Shown here: in pieces, positions 10,154-21,300 of the stretch | How positions within the stretch are numbered: the first letter of the stretch is position 1 | Layout: every line of letters starts with the position of its first letter | From: Ktedonobacteraceae bacterium | Lineage (GTDB): Bacteria > Chloroflexota > Ktedonobacteria > Ktedonobacterales > Ktedonobacteraceae | Length of the DNA: 64,000 nt | Assembly: GCA_035294305.1 (NCBI GenBank) | Contig: DATGLD010000036.1 | Coordinates: forward strand, 8,244 to 72,243 | Direction of reading: 5' to 3' | The notes under the pieces: generated by a model | Told to the model about the DNA's origin: nothing | The model's input: the letters and a program-made list of their open reading frames with translations, nothing else | Databases searched by the model: none | Translations under genes and position numbers: made by a program

Positions 10154-10162
10154 TGCTATACT
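10154..10162 (+). promoter_or_regulatory. extended -10 promoter element TGCTATACT for the response-regulator gene
   Basis: TGnTATACT lies about 48 nt upstream of ATG 10210. The same TGCTATAAT-type element recurs upstream of three other genes in this window. Confidence 0.35.
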
Positions 10163-10209
10163 ATCCCTGAACTGGCAGGCCATCTGAACATATGAAAAGT
10201 GGAGCGTAC

Positions 10210-10869
10210 ATGATAGACAAAATTTCGCTACTCATTATCGACGACCACGCGCTCGTGAGACAGGGGATACGCGCTTTTTTGGAGCTGCAGCCTGACCTCA
10301 ATGTGGTGGGCGAGGCAGGTTCCGGTGAGGAAGCTGTGCGCATGGCGGCAGAACTCGCCCCGGACGTGGTGCTTATGGACCTCGTTATGCCGGGCATCGG
10401 CGGAGTCGAGGCAACACGACAGCTCAAGCAGGCAAGCCCACACTCACAAATCATCGTGCTTACCTCCTACCACGAAGATGAGTATATTTTCCCAGCACTA
10501 CGGGCCGGAGCGCTCTCATATGTCCTGAAAGATGTTGGGCCAGACGCGCTCGCCGACACCGTGCGCAAGGCGGCGCGTGGCGAGTCAGTCTTGCACCCGC
10601 GCGTCGCCTCTCGCGTGGTCGAGGAACTTCGCGGCACACGACACGATACTCCGAGCCTTTTTACAGACCTGAGCGACCGCGAACTAGACGTGTTGCGTCT
10701 CATCGCGGACGGCCTCTCTAATGCCGAAATTGCCGAGAAGCTGGTCATCAGCGAAAAGACGGTAAAAGGGCACGTCAGCAACATCCTGGGCAAACTACAC
10801 ATGATGGATCGTACCCAGGCGGCAGTTTATGCCTGGCAGCAGGGATTGGTTGGGCGACGCGACCCATAA
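10210..10869 (+). CDS. NarL/FixJ-type response regulator (receiver + LuxR HTH)
   Basis: Receiver motifs LLIIDDH and VVLMDLVMPG. LuxR HTH LSDRELDVLRLIADGLSNAEIAEKLVISEKTVKGHVSNILGKL. GGAG lies 5 nt before ATG 10210; the ORF is open from 10192. Confidence 0.9.
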   Translation: MIDKISLLIIDDHALVRQGIRAFLELQPDLNVVGEAGSGEEAVRMAAELAPDVVLMDLVMPGIGGVEATRQLKQASPHSQIIVLTSYHEDEYIFPALRAGALSYVLKDVGPDALADTVRKAARGESVLHPRVASRVVEELRGTRHDTPSLFTDLSDRELDVLRLIADGLSNAEIAEKLVISEKTVKGHVSNILGKLHMMDRTQAAVYAWQQGLVGRRDP

Positions 10870-10895
10870 TCCTTTATCCTGCTGTACCAGAATCG

Positions 10896-11381
10896 CTACA
10901 TGTTCTTTATCCTCAGCCTTTCCAATAACTGAGGAAGCATAATACCTTGATCAGCGATTAAAGGCGGAACATGATGTGGCAGACGAGCCCAGAAGAACTC
11001 GAAAATGATCGGATCTGACGCCAGGCCGTCATAAGGGTCAGATTCTCCCTGCCGCCACCTAGCAATAAAAGGCCCATCATATCGGAGGTGATAGAAGAGG
11101 CGACGATGAATTTCATTTCGTCCATAATCGGACATGTCTCGCCTCTGCTCTCCAAGGAAGCAGTCCAGAGACAGATTTGATAATCCTGTTTCTTCAAATG
11201 CTTCTCTCAAAACGGCATCTTCAGGATGTTCATTCTCTTCAACAGTTCCCGCTGGAACCTGTATTCCAGCCTCTAATGCATAAGGATGACTAAAAATGAG
11301 CAAATGATCATTATGGGTGATGTAGGCAAAGACCTTATCTTTAACCTCTTTCACGTTGAGAAGCCTTTCTTCGAAATGCAA
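10896..11381 (-). CDS. NUDIX hydrolase
   Basis: Nudix box GTVEENEHPEDAVLREAFEETG. Confidence 0.85.
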   Translation of the reverse strand: MHFEERLLNVKEVKDKVFAYITHNDHLLIFSHPYALEAGIQVPAGTVEENEHPEDAVLREAFEETGLSNLSLDCFLGEQRRDMSDYGRNEIHRRLFYHLRYDGPFIARWRQGESDPYDGLASDPIIFEFFWARLPHHVPPLIADQGIMLPQLLERLRIKNM

Positions 11382-11485
11382 GTCGTCGCCTGAGTTCCAT
11401 CACAGTATGCAAGAATGGATAACTGCTATCCCATCATTGCATACTGTTTTAAAGCTTCACCGAACCTACTACGCGCACATTCCAC

Positions 11486-12040
11486 CTATACGTTTGGGCT
11501 GAGCGGGGATGCGGGATGGGAATGTAGCTGAAATGCATGCACAATAAGCACTACGCCAAATATGATGGCATAAATGCCGAGCAGCCACAGGAGAGATAAC
11601 AACCCGGCACCAGGGTGGACGAACAGGATGATGCCGAACACGATTGAAAGGGCACCTGCAAGTCCGAGCAGCCAGTTCCCTACAGTGAATGCCGCCGCCA
11701 GCTCCATCACTCCTGTTATTACAGCCCAGATAGCGACAATATAAAGCAGGATCAATGCAGTCTCGCCCGGCCATACGAACGCTACGATGCCCAGGATAAT
11801 CCCAGCCACCCCTTCGACTACCAGCCAGCCCCAGCGGGGTAAGTACCGGCGCTCGGTAATAGCCACAACTACAGCCAGGATACCATCAATGAGGGCATAG
11901 GCCCCGAAAACAAAAATCAGCGCGAGCAGAGCAATACCAGGAAATATCAGGGCTATTAACCCCAAAATGATGGCGAAGACTCCCCGCAAGAGCATTAACC
12001 ACCAGTTGTACCTTGTGGTTTGAGTGACAGAGTTGATCAA
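11486..12040 (-). CDS. HdeD/DUF308-family membrane protein
   Basis: Six predicted TM helices with the repeated W..L.GI..I.LGI pattern characteristic of DUF308. Confidence 0.7.
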   Translation of the reverse strand: MINSVTQTTRYNWWLMLLRGVFAIILGLIALIFPGIALLALIFVFGAYALIDGILAVVVAITERRYLPRWGWLVVEGVAGIILGIVAFVWPGETALILLYIVAIWAVITGVMELAAAFTVGNWLLGLAGALSIVFGIILFVHPGAGLLSLLWLLGIYAIIFGVVLIVHAFQLHSHPASPLSPNV

Positions 12041-12247
12041 GTTGTGCCTCCTTTGTCATAGTGAAAACAAGAAATGTACAGGCACTAAATATACGAATTC
12101 GACCTACAAATAGTCTCTCGACCCCTGACTCCGGCAAGAGCACGCGAAAAGCATGCCTACGGTCACCGCTTAACAGCATATTTCTCCCACCTCTTCAAGA
12201 AAGTTTCGGGCTAAAGGCAGGCGCTCAACAGTTTTCCAGGGTCACGT

Positions 12248-13474
12248 TTAGCGGCTTGGAGGGCGATTCTCCAGAGGGGGCAAGGTAGCGGAGAAATCAA
12301 CGGAGAAGCGCTGCATGTAATCATCGAGCAAAAACTGCACCCGCTCATACTCCTGGGACGCGACCACAAAGCCCACATGATGCCGTTTGTTCAAGCGCCA
12401 GGTAATTTCGGGGTCCTGGTAAGCCGAGGTATCAGGGTACTCCTGGCGGGCAAGCGTGACGATGACGCCTGCATAGTGCTGCCGGTACTCGGGCAAGCGG
12501 TAGAGTTCTTCACCGGAGGCAAGCTCGATTTTTGCCCACTCGCGCCAGAGATTGATGCCCGTGGCAGCCTCGATCAACTCCACGATATTGGCGCCGCCAA
12601 CGCGAGCAGCCGTCTCGAGGAAATAAAATTGCCCATCATCGCGCCCCTTGATGAACTCCATATGCGTCACGCCGCTCACCATACCAAAATCTCGCATCAC
12701 CCTCCGGCTCAAATCCTTCAATATCTGCTCATCCTGGGAACCACGCAGAACCGTGCGCGTGCTGGAAACACCACCTTCGTGATAGACATTCAACGGCGGC
12801 CGGGCATAGCGGTGCGCTTCAGAAAAGATCACTTCGCGGTTGAAGACGAGCGAGTCAACATGATAGACATCGCCTGGAAGGTAGCGCTCGAGCAGTTGAA
12901 AGGATTGCAAGTCACCAAGGGCGTTCAGGCGCGACCAGAGTTCTTCCGCTGAATCGATTCTGGTTATGCCAATCGTCGAAGCTTCGGAGCGCGGCTTCAA
13001 CAGCCATGGAGGAGGAACCCGCTCCATAAACTCGCGTATTCTATCGTAGTTAAAGATGGACACAAAATCGGGGACGGGGATATTGTTTTCGCGAGCCCCC
13101 ACGCGCATCGCCAGTTTATCGCGGAAGTAGCGGACGGTGCTTTCGCCTATGCCGGGCAAGCGCATATGTTCGCGCAACGCCGCGGCGGTCCATACATCAT
13201 AATCATCGAGAGCTACAATGCGGTCGATGACATGCGAGCGCGCCAGGTAGCTGACGCCGCGAATCACATCGTCCACTTTGGAAAGGTCTGGCATATGCAA
13301 AAACTCATCTATGCTGTCAAACGGCCAGTCAGCGTGTTCCAGTTCCGTCACGGTCAGCAGAAACACCCTTGCTCCCTGCCGCTTACATTCGCGAATAAAC
13401 TCCTGCCCCTTCTCATAACTGCAAAGGCAAAGCACCGTTTTCGGAGTTCTGTCTGTCATCGTGATGCTCCTCAA
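12248..13474 (-). CDS. ATP-grasp domain protein, substrate unknown
   Basis: ATP-grasp signatures WLLKPRSEASTIGI, GDVYHVDSLV and HMEFIKG..GQFYFLETAARVGGANI. Confidence 0.8.
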   Translation of the reverse strand: MRSITMTDRTPKTVLCLCSYEKGQEFIRECKRQGARVFLLTVTELEHADWPFDSIDEFLHMPDLSKVDDVIRGVSYLARSHVIDRIVALDDYDVWTAAALREHMRLPGIGESTVRYFRDKLAMRVGARENNIPVPDFVSIFNYDRIREFMERVPPPWLLKPRSEASTIGITRIDSAEELWSRLNALGDLQSFQLLERYLPGDVYHVDSLVFNREVIFSEAHRYARPPLNVYHEGGVSSTRTVLRGSQDEQILKDLSRRVMRDFGMVSGVTHMEFIKGRDDGQFYFLETAARVGGANIVELIEAATGINLWREWAKIELASGEELYRLPEYRQHYAGVIVTLARQEYPDTSAYQDPEITWRLNKRHHVGFVVASQEYERVQFLLDDYMQRFSVDFSATLPPLENRPPSR

Positions 13475-13648
13475 ATAATACAGGCAGCGCCAACTAGAAG
13501 CGCTACAGTATAATGCTCAGGAACGAACTGCGCGTTGAAGTTGCTGAAGTACGATGTCACTGCATGATTACAAAACAAAGACGGTATGTTTCTCACAGTA
13601 TAGCATACCGAACCCTCAACATTTAGGACTGCACCTTGAAACAGGGGG

Positions 13649-13692
13649 TTGACCAGTCGAGTCAGTCGCCTTCAACTGACTCGACTGGTCAA
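13649..13692. terminator. perfect 18-bp stem hairpin downstream of the BNR gene
   Basis: TTGACCAGTCGAGTCAGT-cgccttca-ACTGACTCGACTGGTCAA, flanked by GGGG/CCCC. It starts 39 nt past the stop at 13731. No clear U-tract. Confidence 0.5.
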
Positions 13693-13730
13693 TCCCCTCA
13701 ATGACTCCACGCCTCGCTTGATAGTTTCAT

Positions 13731-15128
13731 CTACCTGTCCACGTTGTGCGAAACCCACTGATTCCCAGGTCCTGCGTAGCTTGGTCCCTCGCCGAAAGCC
13801 ATCTGAGTATTATTATCCGAGTCCACCGCCATTGACTGGTAATCACCATATGGCAGATCAAATCCGGCCTTAGTCAGATAGGGGTAGCCAGGAAGGTACC
13901 CGGAAATGCGTACGCTGGAACTAAGATGCAGCCCACCATCGGTACTTTCGCGGAAGAAGACATTCCATTTTCCGGTGCGTGTATCCATCCAGGCGAAACG
14001 GACATCACCGGGAGCCTGCCCAACCGCGATGGCGGGGAAACAATTCTCCACACCCTGCGGCGCATCTGAGATATCGACGCGCGGAGAATAGGTCTTGCCA
14101 TGGTCGGTAGAGCGCGAAAAGAAGATACGTTGTGGCTCAAGGCTTCTTTGATCGAGGCTGCCATTCCAGAGCAGGTAAATGGTATCATCACTACCAATGC
14201 GCAAGGCCATTTGCGAACTGAGATAGGCATATCCACAATTTTTGCAAAGCGGTGCTTCGGCGCTTATATCGATAACGGTTCTGGTCCAATGTTCCCCGTT
14301 ATCGGTCGATTTCGATACCCATAGGGTCACTGGCCCGTTACCATGCTGTCGATGAGCGGCGTCGAAGCTATCCCAGCTGACAAAAATATTGCCATGAGAG
14401 TCAATTGCGGCTCCGGCTGAGAGCGAGAGGCTGAATTTTCTGCTCGTTGGGAACACTTCGTGCGTCGACCAGTGCACGCCATCATCGACCGAGACCGCGG
14501 CCCACGTATTGTAATTGTCGTCATAGGCCACAACTATCGTGTTGCCGCGCACGGCCAGTTCATCTTTATCCAGGCCGGGCGGATTATCAGAGACAATTTC
14601 CAGCTTGCTCCAGGTCTGACCAAAATCGGTCGATTTCACCACCGCAATTCTCGACCTGGAGTTCTCAAGGAACGAGGCCCAGACAGTACGCCCATCAGCC
14701 GGATCGACCATGATCTGAGGGTCATACTGACCACCTTTGACCGGGCCAGGCGCTATCGGGCGCGGCGCGCTCCATGTCTTGCCCTCATCGTCGGAGCGTT
14801 GGACGAGCAGGTGCAGATCGCAACCGGGGCAGGTTCCACCACCCTGAACATCGTAATGTTTATACAGCGCGTACACATGCCCATAGCGATCAGCGGCAAT
14901 TGATGGCTCCCAATCGTCGCCTGAATGAAAGCCGATCCGCATCTGGGGCGTAAATTGGAGCCCATTGCCGGGAATGGAGATGACAGGACGGGCCAGAGCA
15001 GCAGCGCTAGCGGAGAGACAGAACACGAACAATGCGCCCACAGTGAAAAATAAACGCAAGGGGAAATAGTGAAAATGCAGGATGGTCCTGATCTTCTGGC
15101 TATGGGGCAGCAAATCCTGGATGGGCAT
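13731..15128 (-). CDS. secreted BNR/Asp-box repeat protein (sialidase-like beta-propeller)
   Basis: Asp-boxes SDDEGKTWS, STDFGQTWS, SVDDGVHWS, STDNGEHWT, STDHGKTYS and STDGGLHL. N-terminal hydrophobic signal anchor. Confidence 0.8.
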   Translation of the reverse strand: MPIQDLLPHSQKIRTILHFHYFPLRLFFTVGALFVFCLSASAAALARPVISIPGNGLQFTPQMRIGFHSGDDWEPSIAADRYGHVYALYKHYDVQGGGTCPGCDLHLLVQRSDDEGKTWSAPRPIAPGPVKGGQYDPQIMVDPADGRTVWASFLENSRSRIAVVKSTDFGQTWSKLEIVSDNPPGLDKDELAVRGNTIVVAYDDNYNTWAAVSVDDGVHWSTHEVFPTSRKFSLSLSAGAAIDSHGNIFVSWDSFDAAHRQHGNGPVTLWVSKSTDNGEHWTRTVIDISAEAPLCKNCGYAYLSSQMALRIGSDDTIYLLWNGSLDQRSLEPQRIFFSRSTDHGKTYSPRVDISDAPQGVENCFPAIAVGQAPGDVRFAWMDTRTGKWNVFFRESTDGGLHLSSSVRISGYLPGYPYLTKAGFDLPYGDYQSMAVDSDNNTQMAFGEGPSYAGPGNQWVSHNVDR

Positions 15129-15270
15129 AGAAGAGCCTCCTTGAGAAAAATAGTTCGCCTTACTTCAATGGTGAAAGGACCAGGGGGCTGTAGTACTTAC
15201 TATGTCAACAATACTATCAAGCAAGGGGGTTGTCAATGATCGTAGGATAACTGTTCAGGATGGCAAGAAA

Positions 15271-15300
15271 TAGACGGGGTAATGCCTTGCATGCTATAAT
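15271..15300 (+). promoter_or_regulatory. sigma-70-like promoter (TAGACG-18 nt-TGCTATAAT) for the giant permease gene
   Basis: Extended -10 TGCTATAAT at 15292-15300, with a -35-like TAGACG at 15271-15276. Lies 54 nt upstream of ATG 15354. Confidence 0.45.
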
Positions 15301-15353
15301 GACCGCAGCATGCGCCAGACTTTTTCCTAAACCGGTTCGGGGATTGAAAACCG

Positions 15354-18300
15354 ATGTATAGACCTTCCAGGCAATCTTCGCAGGCAAGCATTATATTCAA
15401 CCGGCTAATTTCGGTAGCGGCGCTGGCACTCTGGCGCTGGCGCCGGCACTGGTTTCTGCTCCTGCTCACATTTGTGGGGATGTTGGCTGCCACCGCGCTG
15501 GCATGCATTCTCCCATTGCTCACGCTAGTTTTCCAAACTACCGCATTGCATGATACCTTGACGGCTTCACCCCTGGCGTCAGAATTGACGCTTCACACCC
15601 AGGTAACAGGATTATCCTCACACACTCTCTATCCGATTTACCAATCTGGTGGTACTCCTTTTGAAGATAATCTCGCACCATATCTGCAAGGTCAGCCGCG
15701 CCTTGAAATCGAGACACCTGAGTTCAGCATCATTGCACCTGAGGAAACCCAACTTCGCACACCACTGCGTCTCTACGGTAACCCTATAAATGAAATCACA
15801 TCACACGTGATACTGCAGCAGGGACGATTGCCGGCCTCTACCAGTCAGGATATCGAAGTTGCTCTGACACCAGACACAGCCAGCGCCTTGCATGTCAGGG
15901 TCGGCAGCGTCATTACTGTGGTTTCAAATTTCTCCGTCGTTCCTGTAAGAGGCGCATCAGCAGCAGCACTCCAGCAATCGTTCTGCTCTATTGCTCCCGG
16001 GAAGGACACTACTCCTGTCACTTCTCAGGACACGTACTGCCAGCGGTTCAAACTGCACGTCGTCGGCATATTTGAAGTGAAGCCGAACGACTCCTTCTGG
16101 CACGGAGAAAATTTCCACCCTCAATCGTACGAAACCCGCATCCATTATGCGGCCCTCGCGTCCAATGAATCTCTGCTCGCGGCATTGGATTCTGCCGCGA
16201 CAACTCATAGCGCGGACACCGTTTACTTTCTCCAGGGATATTTCGGCAGTCTTAGCTGGTATTACTACCTGAACCCATCGCACATCTCGCTCGATAATCT
16301 CGATGACCTCATCGCGCAACTCGCAGCTACCCAGGAAGCTGTCAATCAGGCAAGTAGCTTCGCTTTGCTTTACCAGCTCCCTCTCGTACAAGGTTTTAAT
16401 GTAACCGGCTCTGTCTTGAGTACTTATGCCGTTCCGGGTTCATTAGAGAGCTTTCGCAGCAGCATAGCTATTGCCAGGATTCCTATCTTTATTTTAACCC
16501 TGCAGATCATCTGCCTGCTGCTATTTTTCACCGCCATCATGACAGAGCTGCTGATTGAGCGTCAGTCCCATGCTATTGTCCTTTTACGCAGCCGGGGCGC
16601 GAGCACCGGGCAGATTTTTGCATCGCATATCACGCAGAATCTTGTCCTGTGCATCTTTGCGCTCATTGCCGGCCCGCTACTGGCCTATTTGGGGGCAGTT
16701 TCTATTGCTCAGCACGTACTGCCAGCAATCAACCAGGACGCGATCAAGGTACTTACAAACGATCCTCTCACTGCATTATGGAATGTCAGGTGGTACGCCC
16801 TGGCAATAGCAGGTAGCATCATTATCGTATCGATAGCTGCGCTGTACCGGGCTTCGCGTATTTACGCTCCGGCCCTGCGACGTGAAAGTGGACGCGCTGC
16901 TGCTCGCCCACTATGGCAACGCCTCAATCTTGACCTCGTTGCTGCAATCATCGCGCTGACCGGCTATGGGGTCGCGTTGTACCTGGCCGATATCGGGGGA
17001 TTGCTTGACGCTCAGACTCAGGCGCTCGTTTCTGCCCCAATCGGATTAATTGCGCCTGTTTTCTTACTGCTGGCGGCCATCCTGCTCTTCCTGCGCATTA
17101 CGCCAGCGCTATTACGGCTGGCATCGCGCCTGCTGGCTCGTGGCCGGGGAGCTGTCCCCATGCTGGCTATGACCCAACTTTCTCGCTCCCCTCGTCAATC
17201 GGTACGCATGATTATGCTGCTTGCATTAGCCACCGCTTTCGCCATATTTACTCTGAGTTTCTCAGCATCGCAAACGCAGAGGGCAACGAACCTGGCGAAC
17301 TATGCGGCAGGCGCGGATTTCAGTGGCAGCATTCCCAGCACGGCCCCTGCCTATCCGGTAAACATTGAAACGCAGCGCTATCGTAACATTCGCGGCGTTC
17401 TGTACGCATCGGTAGGGACAGTAGCGGAAGAATCCGTGGGAGATCTCAACAATCTCTACCTGCTGGATGTGCAAGCTATTGATCCAGGCACATTTGCCCA
17501 GGCCACCATCTGGAATCCGCAGAATTCATCTCAACCATTAAGTTCCCTGCTCACTCAGTTGGCGGCCCGGAGGAATATAGCAATCCAGCAACATGTTATT
17601 CCGGCTATCGTTGATGCCCAGACGTGGAACAGGCTCGGCTTACACGTAGGAGAATCGTTCTTTGTTCACCAGAATGGCACGCTCACCGACAACATACGCT
17701 ACATCGCTATCGCTGAAGTTCAGGCTATCCCAACACTTACCGATCTCGAAATCGTAAATGGTCAGCAGTTCGGTAAGATGATTGTCGATTACCAGACCTT
17801 TTCGGCCCTCGAGAAACGCCTCTACGGTTTTGAGCCGTCCGCCAATCATGTCTGGCTGCATACGTCTGATGACCCAACTGCCATCGCACATGTACGCAGC
17901 GTGCTCCAGTCATCAAATCTGTACCTGAATTACCTGCAAGACCGGCGAGCGATGATGAGCAACTTGCAGAACGAGCCATTTTACCTCAATCTCATCATCG
18001 TTCTGTCATTGGGAGTAATTGCGGCACTGCTGCTGGCACTGATTGCTGATCTGCTGGCATCGTGGTTGAGTGTGCGCAGCCGTCTCAATCAATTCGTCGC
18101 ATTACGCGCTCTCGGGGCTACCCCTCGCCAGGTAACCGGCGTAATGGCTTTCGAGCAAACTCTTGTCTATTTGACTGCTCTGTGCCTTGGTACTGCCTTT
18201 GGCATACTGCTCGCGCTTACGGTTGTCCCAACCCTGCTGCTTTCAACGCCTTCCGCCATACCCGGTGACGCCAATAGTATGACCAGTATGTTCATTCAGC

Positions 18301-21300
18301 AACTGATTCCTGCTCAGATCGAGTTTCCCTGGACTTTGGGGATTGCCTTCGCCGTGCTGGTCATGCTCTGCGCTGCCGCTGTGATGATCATGGCCTGGGT
18401 TGCCTTACGACCTTCGATGAGTTCGACGCTCCGGCTCGATGAAGATCAACCACCACTTGCTGTGCTGAGAGAGGTGGGGACAGTAGGGCAGGGACGAGCC
18501 GCAGCAGTGGGACAGGGACAAGCCGCTGTCCCTACAGGACTTGCCACGCAGGTACGAACGGTATCGCGTCCAGCAGGCCTGTCTTTTATAGTACTTGCCT
18601 CCGGCCAGGCGCGGCGGACATGGCTATTGCTGGTCACCACAGGCATAGGAATTACTGCCGCCATCGTCATGGTTTGTGCGATACCGCTCTTCTCAGAGGT
18701 CATGACGACGGCAGGGCTGCAAACGACACTAAACAGCACTCCTGGGGGTTCTGAATTTACACTCGACGCACTTGCTCCGGGGCTTTCAACCTCCGTTGTC
18801 CAGAATATCCAGCAGCAACTTGATCCCTACCTGCAGGCGCGCATTGGTAGCTATGCGCACCAGCCTGTCCTCTTCTCCATCAAGGAAACTGGTTTTATCT
18901 ACGCAGCACCCAATACTCCCAATAGCTACAACCCATTAAATATCTTTGCTACATCCATGGAACAGGCCTCTTCTCATCTTACCCTCTTGCAAGGCCGGCT
19001 TCCACGCGAGGCAGGCGATGTGCTTGAAGTCCTTCTCACCGCCCCCACTGCCCAGAACCTGCACGCCAAGGTTGGTTCCATCCTGGACCTCCAATTCGAG
19101 CAGACCTCTCATTTCAAGGATATAGCCACAAATAATTTCACCTCTGAAAAATTGAAGGTACGTGTTGTAGGGCTGTTCAAAGTCAACGCTGTCAATGATT
19201 ATATCTGGCATGGGAACACCTTGCAGGCGATTCCAGGGAATGAGTACAGCGCCGCCAGCGCAATCGCGCCCATTGGTGCTTTCCTCGCGGCATTCGACCA
19301 TCTGGCCGCATCCTTGCACACGAACGCGGTCTTCACAGCAAATGCGTTCGAATTGCTCTGGGATTACCGCCTGGAAATCTCCCACATTGCCTACAACCAG
19401 TATACTGACCTTGCCGACCGGCTCACTACTTTGCAGGAAGATATCCAGAACAAGTATGGAGCAATCGCTTCCACCAGTTTTCCATACCTGAGCCAGGCAA
19501 GCATCTATGACCCCGCCCCTGGTTCTTTTACCATGCTTGATGTATTGGAAAGCTATCTTAATCGAGTTGATGTTTTTCGCGTTCCCGCGGCTATCCTCGC
19601 TCTGCAAATGATCGGTATGATCCTGGTATTCATCAGCCTGACTGCCGATATTCTGGTCGAACGGCAGGCTCAGGCTATTGCTGTACTCCGCAGTCGGGGC
19701 GCGAGTGGTGGTCAGATAGCAGCGACACTGATCACGCAGGGGATTGCTATAGGTATTGTCGCCCTTGTCATTGGGCCGCCGCTTGCTCTTGTTATAGTCT
19801 CTGCGATAGCCCTACGCCTGCTGGGGCCTCAGGCACAAGCAATTATTTCCCTTGTCATGAGCGGCCCTATGCAGGTGATACTGAGTGTAAGCTGGTATGC
19901 TGTGGGAACCGCGCTGGTCGTTATACTTGCGCTGGCTCTGCTTTTCCGAAGAGCAGCGAACATGAACATCCTCTCATTGCGCCAGGCAACAGCGCGTTCA
20001 AGCCGCACGACGGTATGGCAACACCTCAGGCTCGATGGCGGAGCCGCAATCATTGCCCTCACCGCATTTGGGCTTTCGCTCTACCTGACCAGGCTTGGGA
20101 ATCAGCTTGACCTGGGCACAAAAACGCTGGTTCAGGCTCCCTTGACTATTATCGCCTCGATCTTTTTCATCTTCGCAATCATGGTTCTCTTCTTGCGCTT
20201 CTTTCCCCTGCTCTTGAGATTGGGAACATGGATTGTCATACGTGGCCGGGGAGCTGTCTCCGTTTTAGCGCTTACACAAATGGCCCGTTCCCCGCGCTAC
20301 ACCCTGCGCACAATCTTGTTGCCCGCATTCGCCATTGCCTTCGTTATTTTCACCCTGATATTCAACGCATCGCAGGCACAACGCGTCATCGATATCGCCA
20401 ACTATGAGGTAGGAGCCGATTTTAGCGGCGATATTCCTCCCGATGCCAATAATTTGACACTGCAAGATGAAATGGCCGTTTACCGGGCTATTCCAGGCGT
20501 TACCTCGGTAACCCTCGGGTATACGACGCAGGGTTTTGTCGCCGGATCATATCCATCCATACCTGTACAGGTTATGGCGGTAGATGCCGCTACCTATGCG
20601 CACACAGCCATCTGGAATCCACAAAACTCTTCGCAATCACTTACTGTGCTCATGAAACAACTACTCACGCTACGTAGTCAGAGCGCCAACAGCAATATCA
20701 TTCCCGTCATTGTCGATGCAGCTGCGGCCAGCAGACTTCACCTGACACTCGGATCTCTGCTAAACGTGGTCATCAACAATCAGGCATTCAATCCCATGTA
20801 TTGCCAGGTCGTGGCACTCGTACAACATATTCCGTCCATCAATAATAGCGCCAGTACCAGCAGCGCCAGCAACGATACATCGCCGGTTGGCCTGTTGATG
20901 GACTACCAGACGTACTTCACGACATATGGAAAGAGTAGCAAGCGGTTAGCCTCTTACGCGCCGCCGGTTCCTCCCGCGCCTCCAACACCATTTAATCACA
21001 TCTGGCTGCGCGTTTCAGATAGCCCTGCGGCAGTCGTGCAGGTCCGAGCAGCAGTGCAGACAAAGTACCTGTACCTCAATAATCTGCTTGACAGGCACGC
21101 GCTTATCGACGAACTGAACAATGATCCTTTATCCCGCAACCTGACATCCTTCTTTATCCTCGGTACAATTACCACACTGCTGCTGGCATTGCTGGGAGAC
21201 TTTCTGGCATCGTGGCTTAGCGTGCGCACCCGCCTGCACCAGTTTGTCGTGTTCCGCTCGCTAGGAGCAGACCCCAGGCAGGTCATTGGCATGCTAACAT

